Source: Candidatus Binatia bacterium (GTDB lineage Bacteria; Desulfobacterota; Binatia; UBA1149; CAITLU01). Taken from it: DNA of 39,468 nucleotides. Every line of letters starts with the position of its first letter. The stretch's first letter is position 1. Shown here in pieces: positions 9,178 to 16,427 of this stretch. Under the pieces are notes generated by a model. It was not told the DNA's origin and did not search any database. It saw only the letters and a program-made list of their open reading frames with translations. The stretch lies in NCBI GenBank assembly GCA_046261745.1, contig JBHEOD010000004.1, forward strand, positions 2,528-41,995, in the 5' to 3' direction. The position numbers and the translations under genes are program-made.

Positions 9178-10284
9178 TCAGTTTGCCGTGTCCAGGCTCG
9201 AGACGGTGCCGTGCAGGCTCTGGATCAGCGTCGTGATGCGTTCGAGAAGGTCGTCGAAGAGGCCCGAAAGCGCTTCGGCCCCGGCATCCGCCAGTGCGTC
9301 GGGCATGTCCCAGTCCACCACCACCGTCCGGAAGCCGAGCGTCTGCTGGGAGACCGCGCGCGCGGCCTCGCGGTCCACCGCGACGATGATGCGGTAATTG
9401 CCGAGCGGACCCATCGTGGCCAGCGGCGAGGCCTCCCGGTCGGAGAGGTTGATGCCGCGCTTGGCCAGGAAGTCGAGGAGCGGGGCGTCGGGATGTCCGG
9501 GGGCGGTCGTCGCGGCGGCGAACGTGAACTGGTCGCCCGCGACCGTACTCGCGATGGCCTCGGCGATGGACGCCAGGGACGAGGTGCCCGACGACAGGAA
9601 CAGGATGGTGGCCGTGCCCTTCGACTGATGCTTCACACTCTCGCCGGTGAGCATGTAGTAGACCTCTTCGCAGATGTTCACGGCCTGGTCGGCCACGCGC
9701 TCGTAGCGGTTGGCCACCGACAACAGCGAGAACAGCCTGGAGAGTTCGTCCGAACTGACCGGGATCTCCGCCACGAGGTTCTGGTAGATGTCGTGGTGAA
9801 GGGCGTTGGCCGTTGCCTCGAGCGCGATCGTCCGCCTGGCGAGATCGAGATCCTCGTCGAGAAAGGAGCGAACAGCCTGCCGCATCATGTCGACCGCCAC
9901 TCCAGCTATCTTCTCGAAACTTTCGAATTTGTTGACTTTTTCGGTCTTGGCCAAAAGGATGGCTTGGCGGTTGATGCTCTCGGCGTAGTCTCCGACCCGC
10001 TCGAGCTCGGAGACGATCTTGGCCACGGAGTGCACGAAGCGGAGGTGGGTGGCCACCGGGATGTGACGGACGATGAACTCGACGCACATCGCGTCGATCA
10101 TGCTCTCGAGGTCGTCCACCCGGGAGTCGCGCAAAATGGCGGCGTACGCGAGCTTGGTGTCGCCGGCGGTGAGCGCGCGCACCGAGTCCTCCAGCCCGCG
10201 AAGGGCAAGATCGGCCATCTCACGAACGCGATCCCGGATGCGGTGGATGTCGTTCTGGAGCTTTTCTTCCAGGTGCGAGGTCAC
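9178..10284 (-). CDS. phoU: PhoU fused to a C-terminal degenerate ArsC/LMW-PTP-like domain
   Basis: The first ~215 aa carry two PhoU repeats (ELERVGDYA; YERVADQAVNICEEV). The C-terminal ~150 aa follow the LMW-PTP/ArsC pattern (ILFLSSGTSSLASIAEA ... RGINLS ... DWDMPDA). Confidence 0.88.
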   Translation of the reverse strand: MTSHLEEKLQNDIHRIRDRVREMADLALRGLEDSVRALTAGDTKLAYAAILRDSRVDDLESMIDAMCVEFIVRHIPVATHLRFVHSVAKIVSELERVGDYAESINRQAILLAKTEKVNKFESFEKIAGVAVDMMRQAVRSFLDEDLDLARRTIALEATANALHHDIYQNLVAEIPVSSDELSRLFSLLSVANRYERVADQAVNICEEVYYMLTGESVKHQSKGTATILFLSSGTSSLASIAEAIASTVAGDQFTFAAATTAPGHPDAPLLDFLAKRGINLSDREASPLATMGPLGNYRIIVAVDREAARAVSQQTLGFRTVVVDWDMPDALADAGAEALSGLFDDLLERITTLIQSLHGTVSSLDTAN

Positions 10285-10348
10285 GCCGCGAAGTCCTTGT
10301 TGTCGGCGAAATATGGGGGAATGCCCGGTGCCGACGAAGCCGCGGGTC

Positions 10349-10375
10349 TAACGCCCTGCTGACATCAAAGCAACC
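10349..10375 (-). promoter_or_regulatory. Possible Pho-box-like 11 bp-phased direct repeats upstream of phoU
   Basis: On the minus strand, GGTTG, TGTCA and CGTTA units start exactly 11 nt apart (plus-strand CAACC 10371, TGACA 10360, TAACG 10349). Only one unit matches well. Confidence 0.3.
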
Positions 10376-10459
10376 AGCCTCGGCGCAGTTACGCAGCCCC
10401 CTTTGACCCCCGTCGCACACGCGGCCCGAACGGGCGTTGGCAGAGAACGATGCTCCGTG

Positions 10460-10473
10460 TAGAACGCGTTCCA
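10460..10473. promoter_or_regulatory. KstR-type operator TnnAACnnGTTnnA
   Basis: TAGAACGCGTTCCA matches the KstR consensus at every defined position and ends 41 nt before the ATG of the sterol side-chain operon. Confidence 0.65.
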
Positions 10474-10514
10474 CTCTGAACGCGGTCACCGGCCGCCCAA
10501 GGAATCGCGCAAAC

Positions 10515-10997
10515 ATGAGCCAGGACAAGTTGAGGCACTACCAGGGGGTCCTCTCGGCGGTGCATACCCTCGAGTACCCGTACACGCGCTCGGTAGGAAC
10601 GGTGATCGGCACCTTCCTGGCGGGCCTTCGAGACGGCCGCATCCTCGGAACCCGGACACCGTCCGGCGACGTGCTGGTGCCGCCGAGCGAGTTCGATCCG
10701 GCCACCGCCGCCACGCTCACCGAGATGTGCGACGTGTCGGACACCGGTACGGTCACCACCTGGAGCTGGGTGGCCGAACCGCGAGCAAAGCATCCGCTGC
10801 AAACGCCGTTTGCGTGGGCGCTGATCCGCCTCGACGGCGCCGCAACCGCCTTGCTTCATGTCGTGGACGTCGCCGACGAGGCGTCGATGAAGACGGGAAT
10901 GCGCGTGAAGGCCAGGTGGCGGGCCGAGCGCAAGGGCATGATCACCGACATCGAGTGTTTCGAAGCCGCCGATGCCGGCTCGGGAGCAAAGTCATGA
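10515..10997 (+). CDS. DUF35/OB-fold acyl-CoA-binding protein lacking Zn-ribbon cysteines (Rv3521 N-half-like)
   Basis: YTRSVG, FLAGLRDGRILG, GTVTTWSWV, PFAWALIRLDGA, GMRVKARW...ITDI. Confidence 0.82.
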   Translation: MSQDKLRHYQGVLSAVHTLEYPYTRSVGTVIGTFLAGLRDGRILGTRTPSGDVLVPPSEFDPATAATLTEMCDVSDTGTVTTWSWVAEPRAKHPLQTPFAWALIRLDGAATALLHVVDVADEASMKTGMRVKARWRAERKGMITDIECFEAADAGSGAKS

Positions 10998-11515
10998 GCG
11001 ATCCACTGCCCGGGACGGTCCGCGAACTTCCGACGCCGATCAAGATGATCACCGTGCCGACAAGTCTGGAATACACCATCACGCCCGGCAAGGCGCCGGC
11101 GCGATTTCTCAAGGGCATGATGGAGGGACGCATCCTCGGCGAGCGCTGCCCGAAGTGCCGCAAGGTCTACATGCCCCCGCGCGGATCGTGTGCGACCTGC
11201 GCGATTCCCACCGAAGAGCAGGTGGAGTTGTCGAACAAGGGCACCGTCACGACATTCTGCGTGGTGAACCTGCCGTTTTACGGACAGGCAGTCGAGATTC
11301 CGTACGTGTGTGCGGCGGTGGTACTCGACGGCGCGGATCTTCCGTTTTTCTGTCTGCTGGCCGAATGCCCGGTCGACGACGTGCGCATGGGCATGCGCGT
11401 CGAAACGGTGTGGTGCGAACCGGCCGAGCGCAAGCCGTCGCTCGAGAACATCCGCTACATGCGACCGACCGGTGAGCCGGACGCGTCTTACGATTCCTTC
11501 AAGGAGCACCTGTGA
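10994..11515 (+). CDS. DUF35 Zn-ribbon/OB-fold protein (Rv3521 C-half-like)
   Basis: ATGA overlap with the previous gene. CPKC...CATC Zn ribbon, GTVTTFCVVN, GMRVETVW, PTGEPDA. Confidence 0.88.
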   Translation: MSDPLPGTVRELPTPIKMITVPTSLEYTITPGKAPARFLKGMMEGRILGERCPKCRKVYMPPRGSCATCAIPTEEQVELSNKGTVTTFCVVNLPFYGQAVEIPYVCAAVVLDGADLPFFCLLAECPVDDVRMGMRVETVWCEPAERKPSLENIRYMRPTGEPDASYDSFKEHL

Positions 11516-12582
11516 TGCGCGAGATTGCGGTCGTTTCCTTCGCGCAGGCTGTGTCGGTGCGTCGCGATATCATCCAGAACGAAGTGGAGATCCTGATGCC
11601 TGTGGTTGCCGAAGCGGTCGCCTCGAGCGGGCTGACGCGCGACCGTATCGGCTTCACTGTTTCCGGCAGCTGCGACTATCTCGCCGGCGTGCCGTTCTCG
11701 TTCGTGATGGCTCTCGACGGTGTCGGAGCCTGGCCGCCGATCGAGGAATCGCACGTCGAAATGGACGGAGCCTGGGCGCTGGCCGAGGCCTGGACGCGAC
11801 TTCAGCACGGCGACATCGACACGGCGCTCGTGTTCGGTTTCGGCAAGTCGTCGGTCGGCGAGCTTCCGGACGTGCTCACTCTTCAGCTCGATCCGTATCT
11901 CGTTGCGCCGCTGTGGCCGGATTCGATCAGCGTGGCCGCGCTGCAGGCCCGCGCGATGATCGATGCCGGTCTCTGCACCGAGAAGGACATGGCCGAGGTG
12001 GCGGTGCGCAGCCGTCGCGATGCGAAGTCGAATCCGTACGCGCAACTGACCGGCGACTTCTCCGTCGACCAACTGCTGGCCGACCGCTGCATCTCGTCGC
12101 CGCTGCGCCGTCACGATTGTGCGCCGATCTCCGACGGCGCCTCGGCCGTGATCCTGGCCGCTGGCGACGTCGCGCGAGCGCTGTGCGAGAAGACCGGCCG
12201 CACGCCGGCCTGGATCCGCGGCCTCGATCATCGTGTCGACTCGCAGAACCTCGGCGGTCGCGACCTCACCACCTGCCCCTCGGCGCGCATCGCGGCGCTC
12301 AAGGCGGGCGTGACCGACGGCCCCGTCGATATCGCCGAGATCTACGCGCCGTTCACTCACCAGGAGATCCTGCTGCGAAAGGAACTGGGCCTTTCCGCGT
12401 CCACGCGAGTGAATCCTTCCGGAGGCGTGCTCGCGGGCAATCCGATGATGGCGGCTGGACTCATCCGCATCGGCGAAGCTGCGTCGTACATTCACCGCGG
12501 CGAGGCGAAGCGAACCGTTGCCCACGCCACCTCGGGCCCTTGTCTTCAACAGAACCTCGTCTGCGTGCTGGAGGGAGAGTGA
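11515..12582 (+). CDS. ltp4: Thiolase-fold lipid-transfer protein, Ltp4-like (aldolase subunit)
   Basis: SGSCDYLAG, GAWPPIEESHVEMDGAWA, VNPSGG, AHATSGPCLQQNLV. Sits between DUF35 and ltp3, as in the mycobacterial order. Confidence 0.8.
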   Translation: MREIAVVSFAQAVSVRRDIIQNEVEILMPVVAEAVASSGLTRDRIGFTVSGSCDYLAGVPFSFVMALDGVGAWPPIEESHVEMDGAWALAEAWTRLQHGDIDTALVFGFGKSSVGELPDVLTLQLDPYLVAPLWPDSISVAALQARAMIDAGLCTEKDMAEVAVRSRRDAKSNPYAQLTGDFSVDQLLADRCISSPLRRHDCAPISDGASAVILAAGDVARALCEKTGRTPAWIRGLDHRVDSQNLGGRDLTTCPSARIAALKAGVTDGPVDIAEIYAPFTHQEILLRKELGLSASTRVNPSGGVLAGNPMMAAGLIRIGEAASYIHRGEAKRTVAHATSGPCLQQNLVCVLEGE

Positions 12583-13739
12583 TGGCCCGTCATTGTGCAG
12601 TCGTAGGAATCGGCCAGACCCGCCACGCGGCCAAGCGCGGCGACCTTTCGATGGTCGGACTCGTTCGCGAGGCCGCGCTCGCCGCGCTCGAAGACGCGGG
12701 GCTAGACTGGAAGGACGTCGAAGCGCTGGTGATCGGCAAGGCTCCGGACATGTTCGAGGGCGTGATGCAGCCGGAACTGTATCTTGCCGATGCCCTCGGC
12801 GCCGTCGGCAAGCCGATGATCCGCGTGCACACGGCCGGCAGCGTGGGCGGGTCGACCGCACTCGTCGCGGCGCACCTCGTGCAGTCGGGGCAGTTCTCGC
12901 GCGTGTTGACGGTGGCTTTCGAGAAGCAGTCGGAAAGCGAGGCCACCTGGGCGATCACGCCGAAGATCCCGTTCCAGCCGCCTCTCGTGGCCGGAGCCGG
13001 AGGCTACTTCGCGCCGATCATTCGCGCGTACATCGACCGTTCGAAGGCACCGGCCGACATCGGACTTCGCGTGGCCGTCAAGGACAGGCAGAACGCGATG
13101 CGCAATCCGTTCGCGCACCTGCACCTTCCGGACATCGACATGGAAACGGTGGCGAACTCGCCGCTGCTGTGGGACCCCTTGCACTATCTCGAGTGCTGCC
13201 CGTCGTCGGACGGCGCGTGCGCGATGGTGCTGGCCGACGAGAGCGCCGCCAGAAAGGCTCCCGCTCGTCCGGCATGGGTGCTCGGCACGGCGATGCGCAG
13301 CGAGCCGACGATGTTTCCCGGCCGTAACCAGATCAATCCGCGAGCGGGCCGTGAGTGCGCGCAGGCCGTCTACCGACAGGCCGGCATCGACAATCCGCGC
13401 AAGCAGATTGATACCGCCGAGATCTACGTGCCGTTCAGCTGGTACGAACCGATGTGGATGGAGAACCTCGGCTTCGCCGACTTGAACGAAGGCTGGAAAA
13501 TGACGCTCGACGGTGTGACGGCCTTCGACGGGGCGCTTCCGATCAATCCGTCCGGCGGTGTGCTGTCGTCGAATCCGATCGGGGCCTCGGGAATGCTGCG
13601 ATTCGCCGAGGCTGCGATGCAGGTGCGCGGTGCCGCCGGCGAGCATCAGGTGGACGGGGCGAAGATCGCGCTCGGACACGCGTACGGCGGCGGATCCCAA
13701 TTTTTCTCGATGTGGATGGTCGGCGCAGAAAAACGCTGA
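12582..13739 (+). CDS. ltp3: Thiolase-fold lipid-transfer protein, Ltp3-like (steroid side-chain aldolase)
   Basis: Real start ATG 12582 overlaps the previous stop. GKAPDMFEGVMQPE, RVHTAGSVGGST, EIYVPFSWYEPMW, SNPIGASG, GHAYGGGSQF. Confidence 0.85.
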   Translation: MARHCAVVGIGQTRHAAKRGDLSMVGLVREAALAALEDAGLDWKDVEALVIGKAPDMFEGVMQPELYLADALGAVGKPMIRVHTAGSVGGSTALVAAHLVQSGQFSRVLTVAFEKQSESEATWAITPKIPFQPPLVAGAGGYFAPIIRAYIDRSKAPADIGLRVAVKDRQNAMRNPFAHLHLPDIDMETVANSPLLWDPLHYLECCPSSDGACAMVLADESAARKAPARPAWVLGTAMRSEPTMFPGRNQINPRAGRECAQAVYRQAGIDNPRKQIDTAEIYVPFSWYEPMWMENLGFADLNEGWKMTLDGVTAFDGALPINPSGGVLSSNPIGASGMLRFAEAAMQVRGAAGEHQVDGAKIALGHAYGGGSQFFSMWMVGAEKR

Positions 13740-13804
13740 TCCGCCGGCGGGAACGCGCCGACGAAGGTCGCGGCTTCGAGCCGGACGGACAACGGGAGAC
13801 CCCG

Positions 13805-15421
13805 ATGGAACTGAATATCGCAGACCTGTTCGAAATGGTTGTCGACACGGTTCCCGAGCGCGAGGCGCTCATCTGCGGGGACAAGCGCTACACGTACGCA
13901 GAGCTGGACCGCGAGGCCAATCGGCTGGCCCACTTCCTTGCCGGCAAGGGCGTGAAGCCCGGCGAGCACGTCGGCATGTATCTTTACAACGGCGCCGAAT
14001 ACCTCGTGGCCGTCCTGGCCGCGTTCAAGATCCGCGCGGTTCCCGTCAATGTGAACTACCGTTACGTCGAGGACGAGCTGGCCTATCTGCTCTCCGACAG
14101 CGACCTCGTCGCGCTGTTCTATCAGCGCGAGCTCGGTTCGCGCGTGGCGGGCCTCAAGGGCCGCGTGCCGAAGGTGAGGGTGCTCGTCGAAGTGGACGAC
14201 GGCAGCGACGCGCCGCAAGCGTTGCCGGAGGCCGTGTCGTTCGGGGATGCGCTCGCGTCCGGAAAGAGCGAGCGCGATTTCGCAGCGCGCTCGGGCAAGG
14301 ACATCTACATCATCTACACCGGCGGCACGACGGGCATGCCGAAGGGCGTGATGTGGCGCCATGAAGACGTCTTTTATGCAGGCCTGCAGGGCGGCAACCC
14401 GGGCGGACCTCCGATTGCGAGGGGCGAAGACCTCGTCGACATCGTGCGCGGCGGCATGGGCCTGACCGTGTTGCCTTCGGCGCCGTTCATTCACGGTGCG
14501 GCGCAGTGGGCCTCGCTGATCGGCTTCTTCGGCGGCGGCAAGGTCGTCGTGCAGGGCGGAAAGAGCTTCGAGCCGCGGACGGTTGCGAGACTCATTCGCG
14601 ACGAGAGGGTCAATACGCTGACGCTGGTAGGCGATGCGATGGCCAGGCCGCTTGGCGAAGCCATCGAGGCGATGGGGGACGAGGCCGACGTGTCGTCCGT
14701 GTTCGTGATCGGCTCTGCCGGCGCGGTGCTGTCGGAGACGGTAAAGGAACAGCTGCGACGCGTGATGCCGTCGGTGATGATCGTCGACAGTTTCGGCGCC
14801 ACCGAGACCGGGCACCAGGGCTCGATGATGGCCGGTACGGGGCACGGCGCCGGCCAGGTGCCGCTCTTCTTCATGAACGACACCAACTGCGTGTTCGACG
14901 ACGAAATGAAGCCGGTGGTGCCGGGATCGGGCGTGATGGGCCGCCTCGCCCGTCGCGGCCACATCCCGGTCGGCTACTACAACGACCCCGAGAAGACGGC
15001 CAAGACGTTCTTCGAGATCGACGGCGTTCGCTGGGTGATGCCGGGCGATCTTGCCACCGTGGAGAGCGACGGCAGCATTCGCGTCTTCGGCCGCGGCGCG
15101 GTCTGCATCAACAGCGGCGGGGAGAAGATCTTTCCCGAAGAAGTGGAAGCGGCGCTCAAGGCGCATCCCGACGTCCTCGACGCCGTGGTGGTCGGCATTC
15201 CCGACGAGCGCTGGGGGCAGCGGGTGGCGGCGCTCGTGCAGCCGCGACCCGGTGCGAAGCCGAGTGCGGAGGATCTCGACCGCCACTGCCGTACCAAGGT
15301 GGCCGGCTACAAGATTCCCCGCTTCGTGCGTTTCGTCGATGAGGTGATGCGCCAACCGAGCGGCAAGCCCGACTACCGCTGGGCGGCGTCCTACGCCGCG
15401 GAGCAGGCCGCCGCGGTTTAA
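13805..15421 (+). CDS. fadD19: Acyl-CoA synthetase, FadD19-like (steroid-CoA ligase)
   Basis: ATG 13805 with GGAG upstream. MELNIADLFE start, YTGGTTGMPKGVMWRHED AMP-binding loop, CINSGGEKIFPEEVE, PSGKPDYRWA. Confidence 0.8.
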   Translation: MELNIADLFEMVVDTVPEREALICGDKRYTYAELDREANRLAHFLAGKGVKPGEHVGMYLYNGAEYLVAVLAAFKIRAVPVNVNYRYVEDELAYLLSDSDLVALFYQRELGSRVAGLKGRVPKVRVLVEVDDGSDAPQALPEAVSFGDALASGKSERDFAARSGKDIYIIYTGGTTGMPKGVMWRHEDVFYAGLQGGNPGGPPIARGEDLVDIVRGGMGLTVLPSAPFIHGAAQWASLIGFFGGGKVVVQGGKSFEPRTVARLIRDERVNTLTLVGDAMARPLGEAIEAMGDEADVSSVFVIGSAGAVLSETVKEQLRRVMPSVMIVDSFGATETGHQGSMMAGTGHGAGQVPLFFMNDTNCVFDDEMKPVVPGSGVMGRLARRGHIPVGYYNDPEKTAKTFFEIDGVRWVMPGDLATVESDGSIRVFGRGAVCINSGGEKIFPEEVEAALKAHPDVLDAVVVGIPDERWGQRVAALVQPRPGAKPSAEDLDRHCRTKVAGYKIPRFVRFVDEVMRQPSGKPDYRWAASYAAEQAAAV

Positions 15422-15542
15422 CCGGGTTCCACGGCCGCGCGGCGCGGCACGCGCTTTCACGTCGCGCGAGTCCCGAATCGAGTGGCTACGGGGAGATCCG
15501 CCCGTTCATCAATCCATCCAGGGCATCCAGGAGGAACCGCCA

Positions 15543-16355
15543 GTGTCCGAACAACCAGCTTTGCTCGTCGAACGCGACGGTCACGTCGCCACCGTCACCA
15601 TGAACCGGCCCGAGTCGCGCAACGCGCTCAACCCGGAGATGATCTGCCGCATGGCTGATGCGTGGGACATGATCGATACGGACGACGACGTTCGCGTTGC
15701 GATCCTCACCGGCGCGGGCGGTCATTTCTGTGCCGGCGCCGACCTCGACAAGCTGGTGTCGCGTTCGCTCAAGGGACTACCTCCCGAGAACGAATGGGAA
15801 CAGCGCATCCGCGACGACTACCAGGTCATTTTCCGCGGCCTCTTGCGCACCAGCCGCACGATCAAACCACTGATCGCGGCCATCGAAGGCTCGTGCATCG
15901 CCGGCGGAGTCGAGATCCTGCAGGCCACCGACATTCGCGTGGCGGCCGAGAGTTCGAAGCTCGGAGTGTCGGAAGCGCGGTGGGGCCTGTTTCCGCAAGG
16001 CGGCTCGACGACACGACTGCCGCGCCAGATTCCGTTCACTCGTGCGATGGAAATGCTGCTGACGGGCGACCACTACAGCGCACGCGAAGCGCTCGACATG
16101 GGGCTCATCGGTCGGGTCGTGGCCGACGGTACCGCGCTCGAGACGGCCCGCGCGATCGCCGCGCGCATCGCCGAGAACGGCCCGGTGGCCGTGCGCAACA
16201 TCAAGCGCGCGGTCCTCGAAGTGGAAGGCATGACCGAAGAGCAGGCCCGGGAAGTCGAGATGCGCCTGGGCATGGAGGTGTTCTCCACCGAGGACGCCAA
16301 GGAGGGGCCGCGCGCGTTCAAGGAAAAGCGCAAGCCCGAGTTCAAGGGCCGCTGA
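15543..16355 (+). CDS. echA19: Enoyl-CoA hydratase, EchA19-like
   Basis: AGGAGG RBS then GTG. FCAGADL, KPLIAAIEGSCIAGGVEILQATDIRVA, SEARWGLFPQGGS, EGPRAFKEKRKP. Confidence 0.8.
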   Translation: MSEQPALLVERDGHVATVTMNRPESRNALNPEMICRMADAWDMIDTDDDVRVAILTGAGGHFCAGADLDKLVSRSLKGLPPENEWEQRIRDDYQVIFRGLLRTSRTIKPLIAAIEGSCIAGGVEILQATDIRVAAESSKLGVSEARWGLFPQGGSTTRLPRQIPFTRAMEMLLTGDHYSAREALDMGLIGRVVADGTALETARAIAARIAENGPVAVRNIKRAVLEVEGMTEEQAREVEMRLGMEVFSTEDAKEGPRAFKEKRKPEFKGR

Positions 16356-16383
16356 GTCCTTCGCACCGCCACGGCGACCAACC

Positions 16384-16416
16384 GGCGAGCACATGCCTGG
16401 CCGGCATGTGCTCGCC
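16384..16416. terminator. Strong hairpin between convergent genes (likely bidirectional terminator)
   Basis: GGCGAGCACATGCC-TGGCC-GGCATGTGCTCGCC, a 14 bp perfect stem. Confidence 0.65.
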
Positions 16417-16427
16417 ATCGTTTGACG

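Noticed and set aside
11310-12581. Apparent 809-aa fusion ending in Ltp3; similar N-terminal extensions on pstB, pstA, fadD19, the P450, ydbL, SMP-30 and the CMD gene
   Set aside because: The extensions overlap neighbouring real genes or intergenic DNA. Internal starts with an RBS or stop/start overlap explain the real proteins.
15417-15431. TTTAACCGGGTTCCA before echA19 (and TAACCCGGGTTA at 4708-4719) as KstR boxes
   Set aside because: The AAC-GTT spacing is 3 and 4 nt instead of 2, and both overlap stop codons.
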